Virus record (IMG/VR): IMGVR_UViG_3300011865_000035
Reading direction: 5' to 3' (one strand)
From: a virus
Lineage: Duplodnaviria > Heunggongvirae > Uroviricota > Caudoviricetes
Length of the DNA stretch: 64,000 bases
How positions within the stretch are numbered: position 1 is the first letter of the stretch; the number at the start of each line of letters is the position of its first letter. The position numbers and the translations under genes are program-made. This document shows positions 28,092 to 38,089 of the stretch, piece after piece. A model generated the notes under the pieces. It did no database searches. It had not been told where the DNA came from and saw only the letters and a program-made list of their open reading frames with translations.

Positions 28092-28829
28092 ATGATTAAA
28101 GATGTGCAACTTTATAATGATGATTGTTTATGGATAATGGACTCGATTCCAGATAATAGTATTGATTTAATTTTATGTGATTTACCATATGGAACGACTC
28201 AAAATAAATGGGATATAATGCTTCCATTAGACAAATTGTGGAAGCAGTATATGAGAATATCCAAAGGAGCCATTGTTCTTCATGCTGCTCAACCATTCAC
28301 ATCATTATTGGTTTCTTCAAATTTAAAATATTTTAAATATGACTGGATTTGGGAAAAAACAAAAGCAACAGGGCATTTGAATGCAAAAAAACAACCATTA
28401 AGAAACAAAGAAGATATTTTAGTTTTTTATAAAAAACAACCAACTTATAATCCCCAAATGACACAAGGGGAACCATATAAAAATAAAGCAGGAAAAGATC
28501 ATACTAGCCAAAGTTCAATGACAGGATCATATGGAAAATACAGTAATTATAGACCAGATAATGAAGGAACACGATATCCAAAACAAATTCTAAAATTTAA
28601 TGTAGTGCAACGTGGAACTTTACATCCAACTGAAAAACCTGTAGCATTACTGGAATATTTAATAAAAACCTATACTAACCCTGGTGATTTGGTTCTGGAT
28701 AATTGTATGGGTTCTGGAAGTACTGGTGAAGCTGCATTAAGAACAGGTAGAAAATTTATAGGAATAGAAAAAGATAAGGATTTTTTTGATATTGCCAGTA
28801 ATAGAATTTTAAATTTAATAGATCATTAA
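28092..28829 (+). CDS. DNA methyltransferase, beta-class N6-adenine/N4-cytosine (PF01555-like), orphan
   Basis: Motif IV is 'SIDLILCDLPYG' (a DPPY variant). Motif I is C-terminal, 'VLDNCMGSGSTGEAALRTGRKFIGIE'. 'PTEKPVALLEYLI' is also present. The motif IV-before-I order is the beta class. No restriction endonuclease is nearby. Confidence 0.8.
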   Translation: MIKDVQLYNDDCLWIMDSIPDNSIDLILCDLPYGTTQNKWDIMLPLDKLWKQYMRISKGAIVLHAAQPFTSLLVSSNLKYFKYDWIWEKTKATGHLNAKKQPLRNKEDILVFYKKQPTYNPQMTQGEPYKNKAGKDHTSQSSMTGSYGKYSNYRPDNEGTRYPKQILKFNVVQRGTLHPTEKPVALLEYLIKTYTNPGDLVLDNCMGSGSTGEAALRTGRKFIGIEKDKDFFDIASNRILNLIDH

Positions 28830-29476
28830 TGGAAAATAAAATGAAAATAATTTTTGCGGATATTAATAAAAGTTTTATCAATGAAGTGGATGAATTTTTA
28901 CAGTCTAATTTATTAGAAGATATCGAGAATGTGTCCACTTTTTGCGGAAGTTTTGAAAAAGCTGTAAATAATGATAATAACATCAATTGCATGGTTGGTG
29001 CAGGAAATTCATTTGGTTCATTAAGTGGTGGTGTCGATTTAGCAATTAAAAACCATTTTGGTTTTCAACTTCAAGAAAGATTACAAAATAAAATTGATGA
29101 AGATTTTTGTGGAGAATTAAATGTAGGCTCTTCTCTTATAGTAGAGACATTAGATAATAAAATTCAATTATTAGGATATACTCCGACCATGAGAGTCCCA
29201 AAAAGTATAAAGAATACGGATATTCCTTACATGGCAACATGGTCTATGTTAACAACTATTAATAAATTTAATAAAAGTAACCCTAATAAAATAGATAATG
29301 TTATTTTTCCAGGTATGGGAACAGGAACGGGTGAAGTTGATTTTGAAATTGCCGCAAAACAAATGTTATATGCAATAAGTAATTTTAACAAGTTTTTAAA
29401 AGGCAAGAACAAAACAAGAGGATTAAGAAAAGGTTATGTTATTGAAGATAATTTAGGAATACTGGATTTAATCTAA
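28829..29476 (+). CDS. macro-domain (ADP-ribose binding / processing) protein
   Basis: 'NCMVGAGNSFGSLSGGVDLAIKNHFG' matches the macro motif 'NAAN..L.GGGGVDGAIHRAAG'. Its start overlaps the methyltransferase stop (TAATG), or it uses the in-frame ATG at 28841. Confidence 0.7.
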   Translation: MENKMKIIFADINKSFINEVDEFLQSNLLEDIENVSTFCGSFEKAVNNDNNINCMVGAGNSFGSLSGGVDLAIKNHFGFQLQERLQNKIDEDFCGELNVGSSLIVETLDNKIQLLGYTPTMRVPKSIKNTDIPYMATWSMLTTINKFNKSNPNKIDNVIFPGMGTGTGEVDFEIAAKQMLYAISNFNKFLKGKNKTRGLRKGYVIEDNLGILDLI

Positions 29477-29482
29477 AATCAT

Positions 29483-29524
29483 AAATCCGTTCAATGTTTT
29501 TGATAAATTGAACGGATTTTTTAT
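29483..29524. terminator. bidirectional rho-independent terminator
   Basis: aaatccgttcaat-gtttttgataa-attgaacggattt followed by a T-run. Confidence 0.7.
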
Positions 29525-29527
29525 TAA

Positions 29528-30160
29528 TTATTTATGTTTAAAAGTAGAATGTTTTTCGTCAAAAAATTTATAAGGATCTCTTTTTTCTTCTTCTTTTTCA
29601 GCCAACTCTTGTTCTGCTTTATGTCTTGCTTCCATAAGAGATAACTTTCTTTTTATTTCTTTAACACCAGAAATATTATGTTTCTTATTAGATTTTTTAA
29701 TATCAAAATTGTGAGTTTCAATTGTAATTTGTCTGTTAATATCTTTAATTAAGTTTTCATTATCCACATAAGTGGATTTTAAACGATTAATATTTTTTTT
29801 AAATAAATTAAGAAGAAAATCTATTTCCTGAATATTTTTATTATAACCTAATGATTTATCAATTAGTTGATTTTTATGCTTCTCTAATTCATCTATATCT
29901 GCATTATATTTTGGAGATCTTTCTTTTTTGAATTGTGTAATTCTTTCTTCTATTTGTTGAATAGCTTTGATTGTTTCATTATCATGAAATTTTTCTATCA
30001 ACATTAATCCCATTTGTTCTTCATAAAGTTTTTCGTATTTTTTAATATTATCCTGAATATCTTTATTGTTTTTATAAAGAGTTAATTGGATATTTTTAAG
30101 TTTGCTTGTGTCATCCGAAAAAATATTATTAAAAATAGAAGAAAGCTTTTTAAAAAACAT
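29528..30160 (-). CDS. coiled-coil protein, possibly PspA/IM30-like
   Basis: 210 aa, predicted helical throughout, with an amphipathic N-terminus MFFKKLSSIFNNIF. Its similarity to PspA is weak. Confidence 0.4.
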   Translation of the reverse strand: MFFKKLSSIFNNIFSDDTSKLKNIQLTLYKNNKDIQDNIKKYEKLYEEQMGLMLIEKFHDNETIKAIQQIEERITQFKKERSPKYNADIDELEKHKNQLIDKSLGYNKNIQEIDFLLNLFKKNINRLKSTYVDNENLIKDINRQITIETHNFDIKKSNKKHNISGVKEIKRKLSLMEARHKAEQELAEKEEEKRDPYKFFDEKHSTFKHK

Positions 30161-30288
30161 TTTAAAACTCCTGAATTACATAAATAATGCAATTATAACT
30201 ATGAAATATAAATAAAACAAGAAAAAATTTTTGAAAAATAGCTTATCACCAGGTAATCTATTAACAAATTATATATGAGGAAAAATAA

Positions 30289-30939
30289 ATGAATCAGCTT
30301 TCAATTTTTATAGATAAATTAGTCGAATTTCCAACAGTCTTTCCTGCAGTATTAGCAATAACCGCAACAATGTTAATGTTGTTATCTATAATAATATCTA
30401 TAGACCATTTGTTTGCTGATGCATGGCATTTCGATGTAGATCATGATCATAGTATGGAAACAAGTTTTTCTAATAATTTTATTGCATTTTTAGGGCTTAA
30501 AAGACGAATACCACTTGTTCCTTTAATAGCATTAATTACATGGGGAATGACATTAACATGTCTTTTTATCACTTCATTTGTAGATTTATCGTCATCATGG
30601 TGGAGAATAATATTAGGTATATTACTTTTAGTGGTATTGTTGCCCGTATTTTCTAGAATAGCCTATTTATTAATGTTGCCATTAGCTAAATTAATTGAAA
30701 ATAATTCTGGTAAAGAATATACCCTCATTGGTAAATTTGGTTATGTTTCAAGCATAAATCCAAACGAAAGTTATGTGACTATAGAAATAAAAAATGAAGG
30801 AATTGATAGTTCTGTTATCGTATTTGTGGATATATCGGAAATAAACAAGATTGAACCAGGAGATAAAGTTTTAATTGTGAAAAAAGAATTAAATAAAGAA
30901 AATAATTCTTATTATTATCATGGTGGGAAAATAAATTAA
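30289..30939 (+). CDS. NfeD-family membrane protein (YqiJ-like)
   Basis: N-terminal TM helices with a C-terminal OB/beta-barrel, 'GKFGYVSSINPNESYVTIEIKNEGIDSSVIVFVDISEINKIEPGDKVLIVKKE'. It lies directly upstream of a flotillin gene, as in E. coli yqiJK. Confidence 0.65.
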   Translation: MNQLSIFIDKLVEFPTVFPAVLAITATMLMLLSIIISIDHLFADAWHFDVDHDHSMETSFSNNFIAFLGLKRRIPLVPLIALITWGMTLTCLFITSFVDLSSSWWRIILGILLLVVLLPVFSRIAYLLMLPLAKLIENNSGKEYTLIGKFGYVSSINPNESYVTIEIKNEGIDSSVIVFVDISEINKIEPGDKVLIVKKELNKENNSYYYHGGKIN

Positions 30940-31019
30940 ATTATTTTTGCAATGTTAAATTTTTATAGGCTATCATACTTTTGTTAAATAAACTGAAAAA
31001 TGAAATAGGGGTTTGAATT

Positions 31020-32987
31020 ATGGAGAATATGAATTGGTTGTATTTAGGAATTCCAGTGGCACTATTTATAATAGTGGCAATATTTTGTGCAACCAGATAT
31101 GTGTTAGTAAAAGAGACTTCAAGTGTATTAGTTATTAAACGTTTGGGTGGGAAAATAGTTGTAGAAAAAACAGGTGGTTTTGTTTGGCCATTTATCAACT
31201 CTTACACTGTTGTAAGTTTAACTCCAAGAGTAATCACTGTATATTCAGGTAATCCTCAAAATATGATAACAGGAACAGAAGATACTCAAAATGAATACAA
31301 TACTCATCTTCGTATTGGTGATGGTAGTTATTGCAGAAATGATATTAAAGTTGATATAGCTGTTACTTTTAAATTGAGTATTCCATTTGATTCATTAGCA
31401 GAGATCGCAGGTCAATTTGATCCTAATATATTAAATAATATAAAAGAATTAGCTAATTTCTTTGAACCAACATTTGCAGAAGCTTTAAAAAGTGCAACCC
31501 GCCAACATGATTACCTTGATTTAATAAATGATCGTACCGGTTATCGTGAATCAGTTCGTAAGGCTATTGCTAAAGAATTACATAGTTTTAACTTAGCTGA
31601 TGTGTTAATTTCTGAAATTCGTCAAACTCCGGTGGATAAATTAAATCCTAATGATATTCTTGATGCACAAGGTTTAGAGTTGATCACTAAAACAACTACT
31701 GAAAAAAATGTGAATATTAAGAAAATTAAAGAAGAAGGTGACACCCAGTTTACTGAACAAGAAGTAAAAGGAAAACAGGCTCGCTTGCAGTTGAACCTTA
31801 GCTGGAAAGAAGAAGAGTTTAAGACTAATAGTGCTATTGAAGTGACCCGTCTTGAAGAAGAAACAAAAGTTAAAAATAAAGAAGCAGAAGAAAATCTTGA
31901 AAGAGCTAAAATTAAAATTAGAACTGAGCAAGAATCTCGTATAGCAGAACAAAATTCTGAACGTGAAATCCAGACTTCTGAAATAAATAATAAGCAAATG
32001 CTTGGTATTAAAGAACAAGAAAGCTTAAAAGAAGTTAGACTTGCAGAAGTTGAAACAAATAATGAAGTTGCTAAAAAAGATATTGAAAATAGTGTTATCA
32101 TTGCTTCTAAAAATGTTGAACTTCATACTAAAGAAGCAGAAGTGGTTGGTATTAAGAAAGAAATAGAAAAAGAAGAACAAAATACCTTAGATATTAAAGC
32201 ATTTAGCACTGCAGAACGTAATAAGAAAGTTAAATTAACAGAAGCAGAAGCAGAAGCTACGGCTGTACAAATTAAAGAAGTTACTTATGCTGATACAGAA
32301 AAACAAAAAACTGTAATACGTGCTGAAACTCAAGAAATTGATGCTAATGCTAAACTTGTTGTTCTGGAAAAAGAAGTTGTAGGTCGTAAAAAATTAGCCG
32401 AAGTAAGTCAGGACGAAATTGCTGCACAAGGTATTGGTGAAGCTAAAGCGATGAATGCTAAAACAGAAGCCGCAGAAAAATCAGGTGCTGTTGAAGCGAA
32501 AAATATTGAAATTATCGGTAATGCCAAAGCTGAAGCTCAAAAAGCTAACTATGCAGCAATGGAAGTCCCTGAGTCTACAAGAAATCACGAACTTGCTCTT
32601 AAGAAAATGGAAAATGAATTGTCTGTTGAAACTAAGCAAATTGATGCTAATCGTGAAATCGGTGTTGCAGATGCCCAAGCTAGAGGTAAGGCTATGGAAA
32701 ATGCGAAGATTGATATTATAGGAGATGCTGGAACTCTTGAAGCATTAACAAGAAGTCGCACTACTGGTTTATCTCTTGATCGTAAGATTCGTGGTAGTGA
32801 TTTGTTGAGTAAAGTAGCAGAACCTTATTTAAGTGGTGAAAAAGATTTACCTGCTGATATGGCAAACATATTAAAAGAAATCACTGCTGACGGTTCCGAT
32901 ATAATGAACTTAACAATAGCACAAGCAATGACGAATCCAAAATTTAGTGGATTGATAAATAAAATGTTATTTGGTAGTAAAGAATAA
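31020..32987 (+). CDS. flotillin-like SPFH/band-7 protein (YqiK/FloT-like)
   Basis: N-terminal TM then the SPFH core 'RYVLVKETSSVLVIKRLGGKIVVEKTGGFVWPFINSYTVVSLTPRVITV', followed by a long E/A/K-rich coiled coil. 655 aa. Confidence 0.8.
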   Translation: MENMNWLYLGIPVALFIIVAIFCATRYVLVKETSSVLVIKRLGGKIVVEKTGGFVWPFINSYTVVSLTPRVITVYSGNPQNMITGTEDTQNEYNTHLRIGDGSYCRNDIKVDIAVTFKLSIPFDSLAEIAGQFDPNILNNIKELANFFEPTFAEALKSATRQHDYLDLINDRTGYRESVRKAIAKELHSFNLADVLISEIRQTPVDKLNPNDILDAQGLELITKTTTEKNVNIKKIKEEGDTQFTEQEVKGKQARLQLNLSWKEEEFKTNSAIEVTRLEEETKVKNKEAEENLERAKIKIRTEQESRIAEQNSEREIQTSEINNKQMLGIKEQESLKEVRLAEVETNNEVAKKDIENSVIIASKNVELHTKEAEVVGIKKEIEKEEQNTLDIKAFSTAERNKKVKLTEAEAEATAVQIKEVTYADTEKQKTVIRAETQEIDANAKLVVLEKEVVGRKKLAEVSQDEIAAQGIGEAKAMNAKTEAAEKSGAVEAKNIEIIGNAKAEAQKANYAAMEVPESTRNHELALKKMENELSVETKQIDANREIGVADAQARGKAMENAKIDIIGDAGTLEALTRSRTTGLSLDRKIRGSDLLSKVAEPYLSGEKDLPADMANILKEITADGSDIMNLTIAQAMTNPKFSGLINKMLFGSKE

Positions 32988-33009
32988 TATTAAATATGAA
33001 TAAATAAGT

Positions 33010-33038
33010 AAAAAGCCACTTGATAGTGGCTTTTTTTA
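33010..33038 (+). terminator. rho-independent terminator
   Basis: aaaaagccact-tgat-agtggcttttttt. Confidence 0.7.
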
Positions 33039-33117
33039 TAAATTATTTTTGTAATTTATATGATTTTTAAGGTAATATAGTTTGATATTTAAAATATGAA
33101 AAAAGGATTAAGATATA

Positions 33118-36100
33118 ATGCAAAATGAAAATTTAGCTCAACAAGAAAAAAATTCATTAGCTTTAATTCAGAAAAGAATGGAAGGTAATAATAGAACATT
33201 ACAAGAAATTTCTGCAAGTTTAAATAAAGAAAGGAATGAAGCATTTAAAAAAATAGATTTAACTCTTGTAACAACTCTTTCTTTAAAAAGTAATGTGAAT
33301 GCAATTCCTATTGATATTGTTAATATTAATGGTTATATTCTTGCTGGTTATAAAACAGAAAAAACAGTTGTTCAAAAAACCGAACTTTCTGATATATTTT
33401 CATATGCAAAAATTGAGAATGATGATATAGATAATTTTTCAGTTAAAGAACAAAATCCTTTTGATTCCATTTTATTTGAAGAAAAATTTAAAACAGAATT
33501 TGCTCATCTTTTTAGATATTATAAATCTGCTGAATTTTATCAGTTTATAAAAACGACAAGTAGCCTATTAATTGTTTTTAAGATTGGTGCAGATTTAGAA
33601 AATATCAAAGCATATCGTTGGGATATTGATCGTAATAGTAATTATAAATATGTTGGAGAAGTCCAAGGTTCAACACTTATACCAAATATACAAAAAGAAT
33701 TAGTTAAATTCGAAGAAGCAATGATTAGTTCTAATAAAAAAAATGGTATAGAAATATCTTCTGAATTATTCCTTAATAACTATAAAGGAAAAGCAACATT
33801 TACACATACTAAAAATGGTATTATTTTTGAAGAAGATTTAACACAAAAACTTCAATCAATCGAAGACAGCAAACTATTAAAAGTAAAAATGGGCAATTTA
33901 ATTCTAATAAAATTTATGCCTTATAATGAATTGCCACGCTTTTATATCTTTGATGAAGTGAGTCGCAAAATAATAAAAACTGAAAATTTTGAATATTCTT
34001 TACAGGAATTACCAGAAAATAATGGTATTATTTTTGCGAATGGTTTTTATTTAAATGATGGTCAATATAAACAGTTTAGTTTTGATCTTGATGCTAATAA
34101 ACATGAAAATTATAAATCACCAAATGGAGAAGATTATCTTTTTGTTTTTTATAGCAGAAGAAATAATAATTACATTATTTACAATTATAATCTTGTTTCA
34201 AAAGAAATGACTCCTCCTGTTATAGCCAAAGGTGTTACATTATTAGATAATGGTGGATTAATAGTACTGAAAGAGTCCGAAGAATTAAGTACAGTTCATT
34301 ATATTCAAATATGGAGAAGCCCTTATTTTTCGGATAATTACTATAACGAATTACTGAAAAATACTAAAGAAACCCGAATATCTAAAATTGGCAATAATGA
34401 AATTGTAAAAGCAATTGGTTCTATAAACTCTATTATTAATTTTATAGCTAATAAAGAGATAAGTGTGTCTGTTTATAATACGATTATAAATATGATAGAA
34501 ACAACAGTGGATACTTATCATTGGCTAAATGAATTTAATGATATTAAAGTTGTGCCTACCTTACATGAAGTTAAAGATACAGCACAGCAAGTTATTAATG
34601 AATATCAAAAAGTTGAAGAACTAAAAGCATTTGCTAAAAATAAAATAACAAAAGCTAAAGAAAATTTTGAAGAAATAAACAGAGTATCCAGGACTAAAAC
34701 AAATGAATTGAATCATATGTTAGATGTTCTGGTAAATATTAAAGCTTTCATTGGTCAAACTTTCATTTTAAAAGAAGACCGTTATATTGATGCTGCTATT
34801 ATTGATAGTCTATTAGAAACTGCTGAAAAAAGACGAATTGAAATAAATAATATTATTATAGAACTTTTAGATAAACCAGAAACATATTCTGCATTAACCA
34901 CAGCAATAAAAGAAATCGGTCAGGATATTGATACTGAAAATTCGTATAAAAATATAAAAGAATTAAATATTAAGATAAATCATATTACTAAAAATCTAAG
35001 CATTTTGAATCAAGAAATAAACTCTTTAGATTTTGAAGATAATTCTTTATTGGCTGAGATATTAGAAAAAATAGCTTCAGTGTTTGCTATTGTAAATCAG
35101 GTAAAATCTCGTGGTAAGCAAAAAGAACAGGATTTAGCTTTTGAAGAGGCAAAAATAGAATTTGCTTCTCATTCTAAATTACTTGAACAAACTTTAAAAA
35201 ATTCATTAAATAATGCTGAAACTCTTGAAAAAACTGAAGAGGAATATGCAAAAGTTTTAGCCTTATTACAAGAACAAGAAGCTAGATTTTCTGAATTTAA
35301 TACCGATGAATTTACATTAACAATTTCGAAACAAAGAGAAGATATACTGTCTGCTTTTGGTAGTCATAAGCAGAAATTAAGAGCAGAATTACAAAAGAAA
35401 ACAGAAAATTTAGTTAATGCTATTAAAGTTAGTTTACGTAGTATTCAAAACAAAGCTGGACAAGCTGAAACTGTTAATGACGTATCCAGTATATTCTTGA
35501 CAGATGGTATTGTTTTAAGAGCTAAAAAATTAATATCTCAGGTTCGTGAATTGGGAGATGTTTCCCAATCAGAAGATTTGGATGCTCAACTTCGTAAAAT
35601 AGAAAAAGATGCAATCAAGAAAGTTAGAGATGATTTAGATATTTTTGAAAATGGTGGTTCTGTTTTAAAATTAGGCTCATACCGTTTTGCTGTAAATAAA
35701 AGACCTTTTGAAGTTGTTTTAATTAAACGAGAAGGAAAAGTTTATACACATATTGAAACCACTGATTATTATAAAGAAATAGATTTATCTACAATAAACG
35801 AACATTTATATAAATACTGGAATTATGATTTTATTTCAGAAAGTAATAATTTATATCGTGCGGAGTATTTAGTTTATTCAATATTAGATGATATTAAAAA
35901 TAAAAGAAATGATTTAAATCCTGAACTTATTAATGACATTTTTAAGAAAGGCATCCGTTTCACTAAAAATTATAGTTTATTAAATTTAGTTCAGGATTAT
36001 TCAAGTAAATTATATAAAGAAGGTTATATAAAAGGTATTCATGATAATGACGCCGCTGCTATTTTAAAAGCGATTCTTGAACAACAAGAAAAAGCCCATG

Positions 36101-37992
36101 AGTTACAATATAATTCAACAGATCGTTTAACTGCATGGATTTTAAGAGCCAGAATAACATTAACTGAACAAAAACATGATGATAAGATAGAAAAAGATAT
36201 TGATAAAGGATTAAAGTTATTAGCAAAAATTAATACTCCTTTGTTGTTAAATTCAGCCATAAAGGAATTAAAAGATGAATTGCAAACGGAAAGAGATTTT
36301 AGTCTGGATTCTTTAGATTATCTTGTTAATTATACTAAAAAAGAAGATGTAAAAACTTCAATACAGGTAAAAGATTTTTATGATACAATGTTTAAAGAAT
36401 TAAATGAATTTATTCTGGATTTTAAAGAATCTTTTGAAGAAAAAGAGAATTTTGAAGATAAGATGTCAATAATAAAAGATTTTGGTTTATTTATTGAAGC
36501 GTATTGTAATCATCATAATTTAACAAAATCATTAATTAATGAAGTTGTAATTTATTTCATTCGTAAAGAAATACTGGAAACAGAAATAAACGCTGAAAAA
36601 ATAGAATATTTAATTGAAATAAATAATCTTTATGGGGAACATCCAAATATAAAAAATGCAACTCTTATTTTTACAACCGAAGATTTTAATATGAGAAATA
36701 AATATCATCGTGAACATATTATCCCGGCTTATGCTGGTGTCGATGAATTTAAAAAGAAAACTTTAGACAAAGAAAAAGAATTTATAAATATAAATAGCTT
36801 TAAATCAAAACCTTTAACTTCTTTTGTGAAAAATAAACTAATATCAGAATCTTATTTTCCTAAATTTGGAGCCAACCTTGCAAAACAAATAGGTGAAACC
36901 GGAGAAAGCAGAAAATCTGATACTATGGGTATGTTATTACTGACATCTCCTCCTGGTTATGGGAAGACTACTCTAGTAGAATATGTGGTAAATAAATTAG
37001 GTATGGTATTTGTTAAAATAAATTGTCCATCAATTGGTCATAATGTAACTTCACTTGATCCAAATGATGCCCCTGATTTAACAGCCAGAAAAGAAATTGA
37101 AAAAATAAATCTTTCGTTTGAAATGGGTAATAATGTTTGTCTATATTTAGATGATATTCAACATACAAATCCAGAATTTTTACAAAAATTTATTCCTCTT
37201 TGTGACGGAACAAGAACCGTTGAAGGAGTATGGGAAGGTAAATCCAAAACTTATAATTTAAGAAATAAGCGGTTTGCGGTTATCATGGCAGGGAACCCTT
37301 ATACGGAAAGTGGAGAAAGTTTTAAAATTCCTGATATGTTAGCAAACCGAGCAGATACTTATAATCTGGGAGATATTTCCAGTGATGACAGAACTGTGTT
37401 TGAAATGAGTTATATAGAAAATGCTATTGTTAGTAATCCTACAACAGAACCATTAACTAATCGTAGTATGAAAGATATTTATTTATTCTTAAAAATGGTA
37501 GACGGTCTGGAAGTAAACAGAGAAGATTTTGATTATGAATATAGTGGAATAGAAATTGACGAAATTATCAAAGTATTAAAAATGATGAAAAAAGTTCAAA
37601 GTGTTGTTTTAAAAGTTAATGAACAATATATTTATTCAGCTTCACAAAATAATGAATATAGAAATGAACCGCCTTTTAAATTACAAGGTTCTTATCGTAA
37701 TATGTCTAAAATAGTAGAAAAAATACTACCATTAATGACAGAAAAAGAAATTGATAATTTAATAATGGATCACTATCAAGCAGAATCTCAAACATTAACA
37801 AAAAGTAATGAAGAAAATTTACTTAAGTTTAAAGAAATATTTAATATAATGACTGAGAAAGAAAAAGAAAGATGGATCGAATTGAAAAACACATTTAAGA
37901 AATTAAATGGAAGCAATGATAAAGTTATATTGCAGGAAATAAGTGATAGCTTAAATAATATTGCAGAGACAATGAAAAATAATAATAAATAA
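33118..37992 (+). CDS. giant (1624 aa) coiled-coil protein with C-terminal MoxR/AAA_5-type AAA+ ATPase domain
   Basis: Walker A 'LLLTSPPGYGKTTLVEY', Walker B 'VCLYLDDIQHT' and sensor region 'VIMAGNPYTESGESFKIPDMLANRADTYNLGD' are all AAA_5-like. The N-terminal ~1250 aa have no recognisable domain and include long coiled coils. It has no basic C-terminal tail (ends NNNK). Confidence 0.7.
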   Translation: MQNENLAQQEKNSLALIQKRMEGNNRTLQEISASLNKERNEAFKKIDLTLVTTLSLKSNVNAIPIDIVNINGYILAGYKTEKTVVQKTELSDIFSYAKIENDDIDNFSVKEQNPFDSILFEEKFKTEFAHLFRYYKSAEFYQFIKTTSSLLIVFKIGADLENIKAYRWDIDRNSNYKYVGEVQGSTLIPNIQKELVKFEEAMISSNKKNGIEISSELFLNNYKGKATFTHTKNGIIFEEDLTQKLQSIEDSKLLKVKMGNLILIKFMPYNELPRFYIFDEVSRKIIKTENFEYSLQELPENNGIIFANGFYLNDGQYKQFSFDLDANKHENYKSPNGEDYLFVFYSRRNNNYIIYNYNLVSKEMTPPVIAKGVTLLDNGGLIVLKESEELSTVHYIQIWRSPYFSDNYYNELLKNTKETRISKIGNNEIVKAIGSINSIINFIANKEISVSVYNTIINMIETTVDTYHWLNEFNDIKVVPTLHEVKDTAQQVINEYQKVEELKAFAKNKITKAKENFEEINRVSRTKTNELNHMLDVLVNIKAFIGQTFILKEDRYIDAAIIDSLLETAEKRRIEINNIIIELLDKPETYSALTTAIKEIGQDIDTENSYKNIKELNIKINHITKNLSILNQEINSLDFEDNSLLAEILEKIASVFAIVNQVKSRGKQKEQDLAFEEAKIEFASHSKLLEQTLKNSLNNAETLEKTEEEYAKVLALLQEQEARFSEFNTDEFTLTISKQREDILSAFGSHKQKLRAELQKKTENLVNAIKVSLRSIQNKAGQAETVNDVSSIFLTDGIVLRAKKLISQVRELGDVSQSEDLDAQLRKIEKDAIKKVRDDLDIFENGGSVLKLGSYRFAVNKRPFEVVLIKREGKVYTHIETTDYYKEIDLSTINEHLYKYWNYDFISESNNLYRAEYLVYSILDDIKNKRNDLNPELINDIFKKGIRFTKNYSLLNLVQDYSSKLYKEGYIKGIHDNDAAAILKAILEQQEKAHELQYNSTDRLTAWILRARITLTEQKHDDKIEKDIDKGLKLLAKINTPLLLNSAIKELKDELQTERDFSLDSLDYLVNYTKKEDVKTSIQVKDFYDTMFKELNEFILDFKESFEEKENFEDKMSIIKDFGLFIEAYCNHHNLTKSLINEVVIYFIRKEILETEINAEKIEYLIEINNLYGEHPNIKNATLIFTTEDFNMRNKYHREHIIPAYAGVDEFKKKTLDKEKEFININSFKSKPLTSFVKNKLISESYFPKFGANLAKQIGETGESRKSDTMGMLLLTSPPGYGKTTLVEYVVNKLGMVFVKINCPSIGHNVTSLDPNDAPDLTARKEIEKINLSFEMGNNVCLYLDDIQHTNPEFLQKFIPLCDGTRTVEGVWEGKSKTYNLRNKRFAVIMAGNPYTESGESFKIPDMLANRADTYNLGDISSDDRTVFEMSYIENAIVSNPTTEPLTNRSMKDIYLFLKMVDGLEVNREDFDYEYSGIEIDEIIKVLKMMKKVQSVVLKVNEQYIYSASQNNEYRNEPPFKLQGSYRNMSKIVEKILPLMTEKEIDNLIMDHYQAESQTLTKSNEENLLKFKEIFNIMTEKEKERWIELKNTFKKLNGSNDKVILQEISDSLNNIAETMKNNNK

Positions 37993-37997
37993 TAAAA

Positions 37998-38026
37998 AAG
38001 AAGCTCACAATGGTGGGCTTCTTTAT
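37998..38026 (+). terminator. rho-independent terminator
   Basis: gaagctcac-aatg-gtgggcttc followed by tttatt. Confidence 0.55.
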
Positions 38027-38089
38027 TGTATCAAATTTAGTTTAATATTATAATGTATTATTAGATTAAATTAAATAAAGGTATTTGGT

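Noticed and set aside
28092-28829. Restriction-modification system
   Set aside because: No endonuclease-like ORF (PD-(D/E)xK or HNH) flanks the methyltransferase. The neighbours are the 2-TM array and a macro domain. It is treated as an orphan methyltransferase.
25138-29412. Antisense ORFs 25138..25533, 25846..26028, 28096..28296, 28756..28992, 29227..29412
   Set aside because: They are embedded in the 2-TM array, methyltransferase and macro genes on the opposite strand and have no independent signals.
31622-32721. ORFs 31622..32101(-), 31674..32018(-), 32455..32721(+), 32481..32678(-) inside the flotillin gene
   Set aside because: They are low-complexity S/L/F-rich translations of the antisense or alternate frame of the E/A/K-rich coiled-coil region. 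The flotillin frame is clearly the real one.
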